DNA from: Patescibacteria group bacterium
Lineage (GTDB): Bacteria > Patescibacteriota > Minisyncoccia > Phycocordibacterales > PALSA-1337
DNA length: 64,000 nucleotides
NCBI GenBank assembly: GCA_040387635.1
Contig: JAZKDJ010000001.1
Span: 451,193-515,192 of the forward strand
Direction: 5' to 3'
A model generated the notes under the pieces. That model made no database searches, had not been told where the DNA came from, and saw only the letters and a program-made list of their open reading frames with translations. This document shows positions 54,551 through 63,721 of this stretch, one piece after another; position 1 is the first letter of the stretch, and each line of letters opens with the position of its first letter. The translations under genes were made by a program, and so were the position numbers.

Positions 54551-55078
54551 ATGAAAACAATTGTTGTTGCAAGTACAAATCCGGTAAAGATCTCTGTTGT
54601 TAGCAAAGCCATTGCTGCAGTTTTACCAAATGAAACCTTCGATGTCGTTTCTTCTGATTTGGAGAAATCTGGAGCTGAGCCTTTTGGACGAGGAGAATCT
54701 CTTGAGCAGGTGAGAACAGCTATTAGGGAGGCAAAGAAGCTTCATCCGGGAGCCGACTATTATATTGCTATGGAAGGCGGAGTTGAGATCAATGGTACAG
54801 AGATCGACGAAGTGGCGTATGTGATTGCGGAAGATTCATCAAAGAATGAAAGTATCAGTCATGCGGCATCATTCAGCGTTCCTCACGATATTGCACTTGA
54901 AGTCCGCAAAGGAGTTCCGTTCTCCGAAGCTGTGGAGCAGTTTTTCAAAGTTAAAGACGTGAAGCAGGGAGGAGGGTTCGTGAAAATTCTTACAGGAGGA
55001 TTGATAGACAAAGAAGCTCTATATATGCAACCGACGATCATCGCTCTCTCAAAGCTTCAACATAAGGATTGGTATTAG
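54551..55078 (+). CDS. yjjX: inosine/xanthosine triphosphatase (YjjX-like NTPase)
   Basis: VASTNPVKISVV ... MEGGVE pattern; 175 aa. Confidence 0.7.
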   Translation: MKTIVVASTNPVKISVVSKAIAAVLPNETFDVVSSDLEKSGAEPFGRGESLEQVRTAIREAKKLHPGADYYIAMEGGVEINGTEIDEVAYVIAEDSSKNESISHAASFSVPHDIALEVRKGVPFSEAVEQFFKVKDVKQGGGFVKILTGGLIDKEALYMQPTIIALSKLQHKDWY

Positions 55079-55113
55079 GAAGGTAGCTACAAATTAATTA
55101 AAAAGTATTTTAC

Positions 55114-55701
55114 ATGAAACTTATTGCAATTATCGTGGCAGTTATTGTTGTCGGTGGAGGAATTTGGTTGGTGTCATCAAAAGACAACACACCAGTAGAC
55201 AACAACGTGCCAGTTGGAATTCAGTCTAATGGTTCACAAGATAAGGTCGGACAACCAGATCAAAAGACACCCACATCCCTAGAAGAGGCGATGGTAAGTG
55301 GAGGACAATATACGTGTACATTCAATACGGATGATCCTAACGCTCATACTAGGGGAACGTTCTATATTGATGGAGAGAAGGTGAGGGGAGATTTCGAGGC
55401 ATACGCAGTAGAGACGGGTAAGTCGTTCATTACACACATGGTAAGTGATGGATCATTCAGCTGGACATGGACTGAACCTGCAACAATAGGAATGAAAATG
55501 CCTGTAATAAAGAACGCTTCAGCATCGGTATCTACTGATGGTAGAGCTCCTGTTCAAGGAATGATGACAGGGAGCATGAGTTTCCAAGATGGGGCAGTTA
55601 AAACAAACTATGATTGCGTTGTGTGGAATGGAGATGATTCTAAGTTCTCAATTCCTGCAGGCCTCAAATTTATGGAGGCGCCTGTTGATCCGCGAAGATA
55701 A
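55114..55701 (+). CDS. secreted/anchored hypothetical protein
   Basis: N-terminal TM helix MKLIAIIVAVIVVGGGIWLV. Confidence 0.45.
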   Translation: MKLIAIIVAVIVVGGGIWLVSSKDNTPVDNNVPVGIQSNGSQDKVGQPDQKTPTSLEEAMVSGGQYTCTFNTDDPNAHTRGTFYIDGEKVRGDFEAYAVETGKSFITHMVSDGSFSWTWTEPATIGMKMPVIKNASASVSTDGRAPVQGMMTGSMSFQDGAVKTNYDCVVWNGDDSKFSIPAGLKFMEAPVDPRR

Positions 55702-55800
55702 CAAAATAGCAGAAGGAAAACAGCTCAGTTCACCATGTTAATTGCCAAGTTGCAATTTCCGCCAGAAACCCTAGTATTGATGGCAGACGTTTGAAAAATT

Positions 55801-56679
55801 ATGAGCGAGATCAAGGTCTCAAGCATATCGGTTTTTCCGATCAAATCTTGCGCGGCCGTCTCACTCAACAAAGTGATGCTGACTGATCATGGTTTGCAAA
55901 ACGACCGTATTTATATGGTCATGCCGGTGGTTCCTTTCAGCGAGTTTGTTTCCCAACGGGTTAAGCCGAAGATGTGTAGGATTTTTCCGACCATCGATCG
56001 CGACAAGCTCCATGTGGAAGCGGATGGAATGCGTACGCTAACTCTTCCTCTGCAGCCAGTGCGAGGGAATTACATTCAAGCTACAGTTTGGAAGACTCCG
56101 TTCGAGTGCTCCAGGCAGAGCAAGGAATCTTGCGAGTGGTTTAGCCACTTTTTAGAAACCGAATGTTGGCTTGTGGCAACACATCCAGAAACCATGGCGG
56201 TCCGAACGATCGATCATGGCAGGAAGATGAAGCTTGCATGTCACGATTCATCGCCGGTTACGGGATTGTCGGAGGCATCTTTCAATCATTTGGCGACTGC
56301 GGTTCAACGAAGGGAGCGCATTTTGCGAGGAGCGAATGCACTCACGAGCCTTTCTGTCGACAGATTCAGGTCCAATTTAGTTTACGAGGGGCTGCGAGCA
56401 TTTGGGGAAGAGCGCGGCAAGGGTGTCATCATTGGTGGCTACACTGCATTGCGATTCCGGAAGCTTGTACCTCGTTGCGCGATCATCAATGTTGATCAGC
56501 AGACGGGTGAGCGACATCCGCATAATGAACCCTTTGGTACATTGAATTGCAAAGAGTATCGCGACACTCGCCGTCAAACGGATGAGAAGATCCCGCTCTT
56601 CGGCGTGTACTATGTACCTTTTCGTCAAGGCGAGGTTCAGGGCGAGATCAAGGTGGGCGATCGCGTTGAGATTGTCTGA
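55801..56679 (+). CDS. MOSC-domain protein (with MOSC N-terminal beta-barrel)
   Basis: ISVFPIKSC start and conserved Cys in LVPRCAIINVDQ. G+C-richer. Confidence 0.75.
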   Translation: MSEIKVSSISVFPIKSCAAVSLNKVMLTDHGLQNDRIYMVMPVVPFSEFVSQRVKPKMCRIFPTIDRDKLHVEADGMRTLTLPLQPVRGNYIQATVWKTPFECSRQSKESCEWFSHFLETECWLVATHPETMAVRTIDHGRKMKLACHDSSPVTGLSEASFNHLATAVQRRERILRGANALTSLSVDRFRSNLVYEGLRAFGEERGKGVIIGGYTALRFRKLVPRCAIINVDQQTGERHPHNEPFGTLNCKEYRDTRRQTDEKIPLFGVYYVPFRQGEVQGEIKVGDRVEIV

Positions 56680-56695
56680 GTCGAGTGAATTACGA

Positions 56696-56733
56696 AAGCC
56701 CCGTTGCGCAAGCAACGGGGCTTCTTTCGTTTT
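56696..56733. terminator. intrinsic terminator
   Basis: Stem AAGCCCCGTTGC-GCAA-GCAACGGGGCTT followed by CTTTCGTTTTT. Confidence 0.8.
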
Positions 56734-56756
56734 TCTTTAATCCTTATAATTCCTCT

Positions 56757-57620
56757 TTATTCCTCTAAACGTATCTTTGCTGCGAACATTGGGTCATCGG
56801 CATACTTGAGTGCTTTGTCATTAATGAGGTACTTGGCTCGTGCTGCTTCGAGGGGGAGATCGGTATCGAGAAGGCCAAGCTTCAATGCTAGTCGATCGGA
56901 AGCCGCAGGGAAGAGAATATCGAGGCTTCCAGGGATTCTTCTAGGAGTAATGTCATTCACGTGGTCTGCGATATTCGTTGTGCATGTGTTGGTAAGAGTG
57001 TTATAAAATTCCGGTTCGTAGCGAAGACCGTTAACGCGTTCAATAATGTCGAGAAAAAGTTTCTTGCCGTCTTCAGGTGACGCTTTGACTGGATACACGT
57101 AGACCAAGTCTTTGCGATAGTTAGAGCGGAGTTTTACAACATCACGTTCATCAGCAATTACATACATGAGTTCATACTGCCTGAAGAGGCCTTTGAGAGC
57201 TGAGAATGATTCACCTTTTTCTTTTCGAATTTCTACAGATACTGCTACGAAGTTATCGCCCTCGAATTCGAAACTAAGGAAAGTATGCGCTGCTCCGACA
57301 AAGTCTGTGAATGGTTCGACGACGTAATAGACTCGCTTGAGTTTGGAGAGGTCGAATACTTTGTCGTAGTAGGCAGGCACATAGTCTGTCGTTGATGCGT
57401 AGGTGAAGTTGCGGATGTTGTGAACGTTTACTAAATTCCCATGCACCTCGGCGTAGGGAAGAATCTCCTGATCCAAATTCCAAGCGCGATCGTTGGAAGG
57501 TCTGATCACTAGTGTAGTGAGGATGTAGAAGAGAACTAAGACCAAAATAATCCATCCTAAGATTTGAATAATTTTCTCTATGAAAAACTTTGTCCAGAAC
57601 CAAATGAAGCCTTTGTCCAT
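56757..57620 (-). CDS. DUF4105-like (Lnb N-terminal periplasmic domain) protein
   Basis: N-terminal TM, then PSNDRAWNLDQ ... NIRNFTY. Confidence 0.6.
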   Translation of the reverse strand: MDKGFIWFWTKFFIEKIIQILGWIILVLVLFYILTTLVIRPSNDRAWNLDQEILPYAEVHGNLVNVHNIRNFTYASTTDYVPAYYDKVFDLSKLKRVYYVVEPFTDFVGAAHTFLSFEFEGDNFVAVSVEIRKEKGESFSALKGLFRQYELMYVIADERDVVKLRSNYRKDLVYVYPVKASPEDGKKLFLDIIERVNGLRYEPEFYNTLTNTCTTNIADHVNDITPRRIPGSLDILFPAASDRLALKLGLLDTDLPLEAARAKYLINDKALKYADDPMFAAKIRLEE

Positions 57621-57648
57621 AATGGATATATTGTACTACGCCCGGTAT

Positions 57649-58026
57649 TTATTTTCTTGGATACTTTTTGTCTAACTTCTTGATGATGTCCTCGGCATCT
57701 TTTGGATCAAGCTTTTTCAAAATCATGTCGAGTTTCTCTTCCTTACGATCGTCACCCTCCTTGGATTGGGGAGAGCCGAGATAAAAGAGGAAGGCCAGGC
57801 CTGCCACCTGCCAGATGAGTTGGAGAAATTCTGACTGCCAGTTCTCAAGAGTGTCTCGAGAAGTTTGGATAAAATATTGTGATATCTCTACTGGAGCGTT
57901 ATGTTCCTCCTGCTCTTGTACGTATGCGTACCAGGCGAATACCCAGTGTCCGATAATCGATGCAAAAAACAAAACCAGGGTTACCCAGAGGTATGAATAT
58001 TTTGTAAAAACGTTTCTTGCGTTCAT
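57649..58026 (-). CDS. small membrane protein
   Basis: Two TM helices and an acidic/basic tail. Confidence 0.5.
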   Translation of the reverse strand: MNARNVFTKYSYLWVTLVLFFASIIGHWVFAWYAYVQEQEEHNAPVEISQYFIQTSRDTLENWQSEFLQLIWQVAGLAFLFYLGSPQSKEGDDRKEEKLDMILKKLDPKDAEDIIKKLDKKYPRK

Positions 58027-58114
58027 GCCTTCAGTTTACAGAAGTGGGTTAAGAGAATATTAACGGAATTTTAGCCAGGTTTGAAAGCAGGAGAAACTAT
58101 TATATAGTTATTGT

Positions 58115-58474
58115 ATGAACACATTTGAAACTCCAGAAGTAATCGAAGAAGGTCCTGAAACACTTGGCTACATGGACAAGGCTCGCAAGGCAGTTGAGGA
58201 GGCTGAGAGCGTAGCTGATGCAGAAATGGTGCGCTCTCCGGAAGTGACATGGCTCACGTCTTTTAATAATGCTATGGGACCTGTATTTACCAATATTGGA
58301 ATTGGCAAAATCAAAAAAGAAATTGATGACTTCAGGGCTGATGAAATTTTAGGAAAACTCCAGAAGCTTAAGCAGGAGGTGGGTGTGCATATTTCAGTTG
58401 ATCCAAACAAGCGAATTCCGTCAGATATGATAAAACAGAGGCTTCTCAGGAAGCTCAAAGAGGCCCTAGAATAA
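58115..58474 (+). CDS. hypothetical protein
   Basis: 119-aa ORF, helical and charged. Confidence 0.4.
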   Translation: MNTFETPEVIEEGPETLGYMDKARKAVEEAESVADAEMVRSPEVTWLTSFNNAMGPVFTNIGIGKIKKEIDDFRADEILGKLQKLKQEVGVHISVDPNKRIPSDMIKQRLLRKLKEALE

Positions 58475-58578
58475 AGGCTTATTTCAAAATCCTTCATCTG
58501 ATGTGGATAACCGCTTTCCCAGGGCGGTTATTTTATCTATAATGTACCTAACACCTACTCCAACATTTTGGGTCACTC

Positions 58579-59019
58579 ATGTGGCTTTTGTTGTTTGCTG
58601 TCTGTCATATCCCCGGCAGGCCCGCAGTGATGCGGCTGATCGTTAAATTAGAACCCATGGCCATCGTTATTGAATCTTCACAACACGCATATAAAAATTC
58701 GAATATAAGTCTCTTGCAGGGGCTTATTGAAGCGGCGCCTTCTCGCATCATGAGTGAGACGGTGGAGCGCAATGTTGCCTGGATCGATTGTTATCGCAAT
58801 GCTTTGTCAGCCATCATGCTCCGCATTCATGCGGGGGAGTCCGATGGGGACATCGCGCGAGACAAGGCTCAGGCAGCTATTGCCAAGGTAGTCGAAGTTT
58901 CGAAAGATTGCCTAAAGCTCAAGGAAGAGTACAAAGCGCAGGTCCCCCATGACGTGCAGGGCAAGCTCTTCGGGGAACTTGAGAAGATATTAAATATTGC
59001 CCGAGGTAAGACAGTTTAG
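58579..59019 (+). CDS. hypothetical protein
   Basis: 146-aa ORF, G+C-richer. An internal Met (MRLIV or MAIVIE) is a possible true start. Confidence 0.35.
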   Translation: MWLLLFAVCHIPGRPAVMRLIVKLEPMAIVIESSQHAYKNSNISLLQGLIEAAPSRIMSETVERNVAWIDCYRNALSAIMLRIHAGESDGDIARDKAQAAIAKVVEVSKDCLKLKEEYKAQVPHDVQGKLFGELEKILNIARGKTV

Positions 59020-59120
59020 CTCAGTGTTCAAAACCATGTGTAGCCGTGAGGTCGCACAGAGCATATGAGCGTAGTATAATGTTTCCATTATAAATAAATA
59101 AGTAATCTGATAATCAACCA

Positions 59121-59321
59121 ATGAATTCGACAACCTGGATAATCGTAGCTGTCGTCATCGCACTAGTAGTCTATGCGATCGTTCGACGACGAGGGTGCGG
59201 ATGCGGAGATGGTAAGGTATGCAGCACTCATACGACTCCATCTTCAGGAACTCAGGGTGGCGCAGCAGGAACTTCACCTGTAGCTCCGACTTCGACTCCA
59301 ACATCAACTCCGACTATGTAA
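59121..59321 (+). CDS. small single-TM protein
   Basis: 66 aa: a TM helix, then a CGCGDGKVC cluster, then a Thr/Pro/Ser tail. Confidence 0.35.
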   Translation: MNSTTWIIVAVVIALVVYAIVRRRGCGCGDGKVCSTHTTPSSGTQGGAAGTSPVAPTSTPTSTPTM

Positions 59322-59333
59322 GTTAGAGCGAAG

Positions 59334-59361
59334 GCCGCCCGGATGAAACCGGGTGGTTTTT
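59334..59361 (+). terminator. intrinsic terminator
   Basis: Stem CCGCCCGG-ATGAAA-CCGGGTGG followed by TTTTTT. Confidence 0.7.
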
Positions 59362-59399
59362 TGTTTCTTCTCGATACTCTAAAAAGTGAAAAAAGTGAG

Positions 59400-59438
59400 T
59401 ATATCAAAATTGTTATATGCCATAACAATTTTGATATA
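59400..59438. repeat. perfect 17-bp inverted repeat upstream of queA
   Basis: TATATCAAAATTGTTAT-ATGCC-ATAACAATTTTGATATA. Its outer 13-mer TATATCAAAATTG also occurs at 16873-16885. Confidence 0.8.
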
Positions 59439-59475
59439 CCGTGAAAAGTCACAAAAAATGTAGTATTCTCAGGTT

Positions 59476-60534
59476 ATGCAAAACCCACTCGAACAATATG
59501 CATATAATCTTCCGGATGCGCTCATGGCGAAAATCCCAGCTGAGCCAAGAGACTCATCCAAGCTTTTGGTGTACAACACAGCGACGGATACAATCACTGA
59601 CGCACGCTTCTATGATCTTCCACATTTTATTCCAACGCCTTCGCTTCTTGTGATGAATGATACGAAAGTTATTCCTGCACGAGTGATGCTCTCAAGGAAT
59701 CCTTTGGGTAAAAATCCAGGCAAGGTGGAAGTGCTTTTTCTCGTTAACGAAATTCAGCCTGGAGCTTCGAAGGTAAGAGGAATGGTGGATAGGAAAACAC
59801 TGGTAGGAGATGTGTTGGCATTTCCTGATGGATCAAGTATCGAGGCGGTAGGACAACAGGAGCATATTTTTCATTTTGATATCGGCACACTTGGTGAAGA
59901 GAAGTTTCGGGATTTGCTCATCAAGTTCGGAACAACGCCGTTGCCAAAATATATTGGCGAGACAGGACTCGATGAAAACAAACTGCGTGAGCGATACCAG
60001 AGCGTCTTTGCGAAAAGCGAAGGTGAGAGATCGGTGGCTGCTCCAACAGCATCGCTTCATATGACTCCAGAGGTGTTGAAGAAGCTTCAGGACAAAGGTG
60101 TAAGGGAAACATTCGTGACACTCCATGTCGGAATGGGAACCTTCGCACCGGTAAACGAAGAGCAGATCGTGGAGAAAAGACTGCATAAGGAATGGTATGA
60201 CGTTAGTTCAGCAGTTGGTGCGATCAATGAAGCCAAAGAAAACAAAATGCCCATCATCGCTATGGGAACCACCGCAACTCGTGCGTTGGAATCATTTGGC
60301 AGGACAGGGGAGGCTTCAGGCGATACTGATATTTTTATTCTGCCAGGTCATGAGTTTCAAATTGCGAGCGGTCTCATAACTAATTTTCATTTGCCTAAGA
60401 CATCACTTATGGCGCTCGTGGATGCTTTCCTTAAACATAAGAAATCAAAGAGAGGGATATTGGACCTGTACGCGCACGCTATAGAGAAAGGCTACAGGTT
60501 CTATTCGTTTGGCGACGCTATGCTAATTATATAG
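59476..60534 (+). CDS. queA: S-adenosylmethionine:tRNA ribosyltransferase-isomerase
   Basis: YNLPDALMAKIPAEPRDSSKLLV ... SVAAPTASLH ... AMGTTATRALES ... ITNFHLPKTSL. Confidence 0.9.
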   Translation: MQNPLEQYAYNLPDALMAKIPAEPRDSSKLLVYNTATDTITDARFYDLPHFIPTPSLLVMNDTKVIPARVMLSRNPLGKNPGKVEVLFLVNEIQPGASKVRGMVDRKTLVGDVLAFPDGSSIEAVGQQEHIFHFDIGTLGEEKFRDLLIKFGTTPLPKYIGETGLDENKLRERYQSVFAKSEGERSVAAPTASLHMTPEVLKKLQDKGVRETFVTLHVGMGTFAPVNEEQIVEKRLHKEWYDVSSAVGAINEAKENKMPIIAMGTTATRALESFGRTGEASGDTDIFILPGHEFQIASGLITNFHLPKTSLMALVDAFLKHKKSKRGILDLYAHAIEKGYRFYSFGDAMLII

Positions 60535-60555
60535 GGTTTTGGTATACTAACTGAC

Positions 60556-61209
60556 ATGAAAACAGCAATCATTTGGATATCTACAATCGTAGTCATAGGT
60601 CTTATTGTGTGGGGTATGATCGTCGCTAATCGCAAGGATGGCGAAGCAACTCCTGGTAAATTGGCAGTTGCAGTTACAAACAATGACCATTCCGTCGGTT
60701 CGTCTTCAAAAGTTACTATCGTTGAGTACAGTGACTTCCAGTGTCCAGCATGTGAGTCATATCACAGCGTTTTGAAAAAATTGATCAATGAGCGAGGAGA
60801 GGATTTCACGTTCGTTTACCGACATTTTCCTTTGAGCCAAATTCATCCAAACGCAATTCTCGGATCTCTTGCTGCCGAAGCTGCGAATAATCAGGGAAAA
60901 TTCTGGGAAATGCACAGCATGCTCTTTGAGCACCAGTCTGAGTGGTCAACACTTCCAGGTGCATCGGCTGAAGAGAAGCTTGTCTCATATGCTCAGACAC
61001 TAGGTCTAGATGTAAGCAAGTTCTCAGCGGACCTCAAATCAGAAGCGTCTACACGAAAGGTAAATGACGATTATAAGGGAGGAGCACGATCAGGTGTCAA
61101 TTCGACTCCTACGTTCTTCGTTAACGGCGTAACAATCGATAATCCAAGAAGCTATGAAGAATTCGTCACTATCATTGAGCGGGCTGCATCAAGTACTCAG
61201 TCGCAATAA
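60556..61209 (+). CDS. DsbA-family thiol:disulfide oxidoreductase (membrane-anchored)
   Basis: TM anchor, FQCPACESY (CxxC) and GVNSTPTFFVNG (cis-Pro loop). Confidence 0.8.
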   Translation: MKTAIIWISTIVVIGLIVWGMIVANRKDGEATPGKLAVAVTNNDHSVGSSSKVTIVEYSDFQCPACESYHSVLKKLINERGEDFTFVYRHFPLSQIHPNAILGSLAAEAANNQGKFWEMHSMLFEHQSEWSTLPGASAEEKLVSYAQTLGLDVSKFSADLKSEASTRKVNDDYKGGARSGVNSTPTFFVNGVTIDNPRSYEEFVTIIERAASSTQSQ

Positions 61210-61663
61210 GCGCGAAATAAAGGGCTGGCAAGCCGGGATATTTACGGCTGTTGGAGCTTTGGGTTTTGCTGATGCTTTGTATCTCACGATTCAGCACTAC
61301 CAACATGTTATTCCTCCATGCACTATAGAAGGGTGCGAGACGGTTCTTACGAGTGCATACTCTGTGATTCTAGGAGTGCCGGTCTCTTTGCTGGGAGCCG
61401 TCTTCTATGCGTGCGTTATAGCTCTATCTATAGTCTATATAGACAAAAGAAACTACAAAGTACTGAATGCACTTTTCTTAGTGACGCATCTCGGCCTCAT
61501 CGCGTCGCTCTATTTTCTTTTCCTTCAAGCATTCGTTATTAACGCTTGGTGTCAGTATTGTTTGCTCTCAGCGGCAACATCAATCATCCTTTGGCTCAAG
61601 GCTAGATGGTTCAGTAGGAAAGCGGTCACTATCGCTGTTGAACCCGTCTCTATTTCTTCGTAG
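61154..61663 (+). CDS. vitamin K epoxide reductase (VKOR)-family protein
   Basis: Loop cysteines PPCTIEGC and WCQYC (CxxC) in a TM helix. The start is uncertain (ATG 61154 overlaps dsbA by 56 nt; a TTG near 61178 is an alternative). Confidence 0.7.
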   Translation: MKNSSLSLSGLHQVLSRNKREIKGWQAGIFTAVGALGFADALYLTIQHYQHVIPPCTIEGCETVLTSAYSVILGVPVSLLGAVFYACVIALSIVYIDKRNYKVLNALFLVTHLGLIASLYFLFLQAFVINAWCQYCLLSAATSIILWLKARWFSRKAVTIAVEPVSISS

Positions 61664-62360
61664 TAGTAGCTTTGCTACTTGTTGCGTTCGTAGATGTTGC
61701 GCTTGTTGATGAAGCTTTGAGTTCGGGCACGATTGCCTGCATTTCTTCGATGCTCTTGAAGCCATCGTAGACTTTGTCGTTGATGACGAGTACTGGAAGG
61801 CTGGCTGGAATTTTGTGGAGAGTAATCATTGTCTGTACAGCGCTTACATCGAGATCGTAGTCGAAGCTGTAAACACGGATATCAGGGTTGTCTTCACGAA
61901 TCTTGGTGAGGACGTAGCCTTGTCGCGTACAGTCTACGCACTCTTCTTTTGTTGAATAGAAATATAGAATTGTAGTTGGTCGGAAACCACAGGTCTTTCG
62001 AAGCTTCTGGTTGAGGAGATAATCCTTGATCTCGAGGATGGAATAATATTTCTTGAGTGTAAGAACCTCTGCAGTGCTGAAGCCTCGCTGATTCTCAGCA
62101 TATGAGAGCCGCTCTCCAAGAGAGTTCAATTCATCTGAAAGTGTTGAGTTCTGGACAGTTTTGCATGGTGATTCCTGAAGAAGGGCGAACTGTGTCTCAA
62201 GTGAAAGAATGTCTATAGAGATGGTGTCTCCTGAGAGCTTGAGAGTGTCGATCTTCTTGGTATTGATGTAGTTGCTCAGAATGAAGGCAAGACCAAAGAC
62301 AGCCGCTGTTAGGATAAAGACAAGAACGTATTTTTTGTAGTTGAGTGGAATTGGGGGCAT
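61650..62360 (-). CDS. membrane-anchored thioredoxin-fold protein
   Basis: N-terminal TM. ILYFYSTKEECVDCTRQ (CxxC) and SLPVLVIN (cis-Pro-like). Confidence 0.5.
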   Translation of the reverse strand: MPPIPLNYKKYVLVFILTAAVFGLAFILSNYINTKKIDTLKLSGDTISIDILSLETQFALLQESPCKTVQNSTLSDELNSLGERLSYAENQRGFSTAEVLTLKKYYSILEIKDYLLNQKLRKTCGFRPTTILYFYSTKEECVDCTRQGYVLTKIREDNPDIRVYSFDYDLDVSAVQTMITLHKIPASLPVLVINDKVYDGFKSIEEMQAIVPELKASSTSATSTNATSSKATTTKK

Positions 62361-62390
62361 TGTTGTGTGGATTGGTGTAACTTCAACAGA

Positions 62391-63641
62391 CTATCTCCAA
62401 GGAGTGTTTTTTGCAAATACGGTATTGTAAACCGCCTTACCAAGCCAGAATGGAGCTACGAAAGGATAGAAGATGAAAAAGTATACGATGTCTCGAGAAG
62501 GAACAGCAGAATCCTCGGCAAGCTTTTTGCCTAGGAGGACAATGAAGGCTGTGAGTGCGAAAATAACGATTCCAAGGAATGTGAGAATTTCAGTATTGAA
62601 AAAGAATAGATCAAATGTCGGCATATGGAAATTTATACCTACAGTCATCCATCGCTCGATGTTGTCAGCTGTGTTTGCACCGACACGGAAGAGGAAATAC
62701 CCAATCATATAGAAGGTGAAGACTATAGAGATCACTGAGCAAGGGATGGTGAGCATGCCCATGTTGCCGTACTTCTTATTAAAGAGGATGTGCTTGTAAT
62801 CGATAGTGTTGTTGATGAAACCATAGATCCATCGTGTTCGCTGTCGGTGAAGTTTTTTTACTGTATCAGGAGTTACTGTATACACGTGAGCTGTATGGCA
62901 GTTTGCGATTCTGTAGCCATGGGACTGGATTCTGAAAGCAATTTCCATATCTTCTGTATTGTGAGCTTTTTTGAAGACTCCAATTTTGTCGAAGACTGAT
63001 CGTCTGAAAATCGAAAATGGACCAGGTGTCACATGGATGGCATCAAGCATTCCGAATATTCGCTTGGTAAAAATTCCAAGGTTATATTCTGCTTTCTGCA
63101 TGAGCTGAAGCAAATTCTCTGGCTTATGAACTCGCATAGCAGGAGTAACGGCCATTGTCTTCTGGTCATTGAAATAAGGAATCATCTTGCGCAGTGTGGA
63201 CGGTTCGACAAATGAGTCTGCATCCAAACATCCGATTAGTTCGGTAGTACACTCAGCGATCGCTAGGTTAACTGCAGTATGTTTACCGCCATTTTCTTTT
63301 GCGATAGTTTTAACTTGCTGTGGGAATTGCTTGGCAAGAGACTTTGCAATGGAGAGGGTTTCGTCTTTGCTGCCGTCATCAACAATCATGACGCTGAGTT
63401 TGTTTTTTGGGTAATCTAGAGCAAGCAGAGACATAATTGTGCCTCGGAGGGTCTTGGCTTCATTGAAGCAGGGGACAACTACAGTCACTGAAGGGAATGC
63501 GTCATCACCCTTAATGTGGCCCTTATCGTTCTCAGCAACCTGCGGGTCTTTTCCTTCAAAAAACGTTAGAAGAAGGAATATTTGGAAGTAGAGGCCGCAG
63601 AAGAGAGCGGTGTATAGGATGTATACAAGGATATCTGCCAT
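62391..63641 (-). CDS. processive family-2 glycosyltransferase (PgaC / cellulose-synthase-like) with C-terminal TM domain
   Basis: VVVPCFNEA, DDGSKD, LDADS (DxD), TEDME and QRTRWIYG (QxxRW). Confidence 0.8.
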   Translation of the reverse strand: MADILVYILYTALFCGLYFQIFLLLTFFEGKDPQVAENDKGHIKGDDAFPSVTVVVPCFNEAKTLRGTIMSLLALDYPKNKLSVMIVDDGSKDETLSIAKSLAKQFPQQVKTIAKENGGKHTAVNLAIAECTTELIGCLDADSFVEPSTLRKMIPYFNDQKTMAVTPAMRVHKPENLLQLMQKAEYNLGIFTKRIFGMLDAIHVTPGPFSIFRRSVFDKIGVFKKAHNTEDMEIAFRIQSHGYRIANCHTAHVYTVTPDTVKKLHRQRTRWIYGFINNTIDYKHILFNKKYGNMGMLTIPCSVISIVFTFYMIGYFLFRVGANTADNIERWMTVGINFHMPTFDLFFFNTEILTFLGIVIFALTAFIVLLGKKLAEDSAVPSRDIVYFFIFYPFVAPFWLGKAVYNTVFAKNTPWR

Positions 63642-63721
63642 GTGTTTATAGACATCTATAGTATAGCAAAATGACCCTAAAAGCTAGTAATTTTGAGCAT
63701 TTTTGGTACAATCACTCTATT

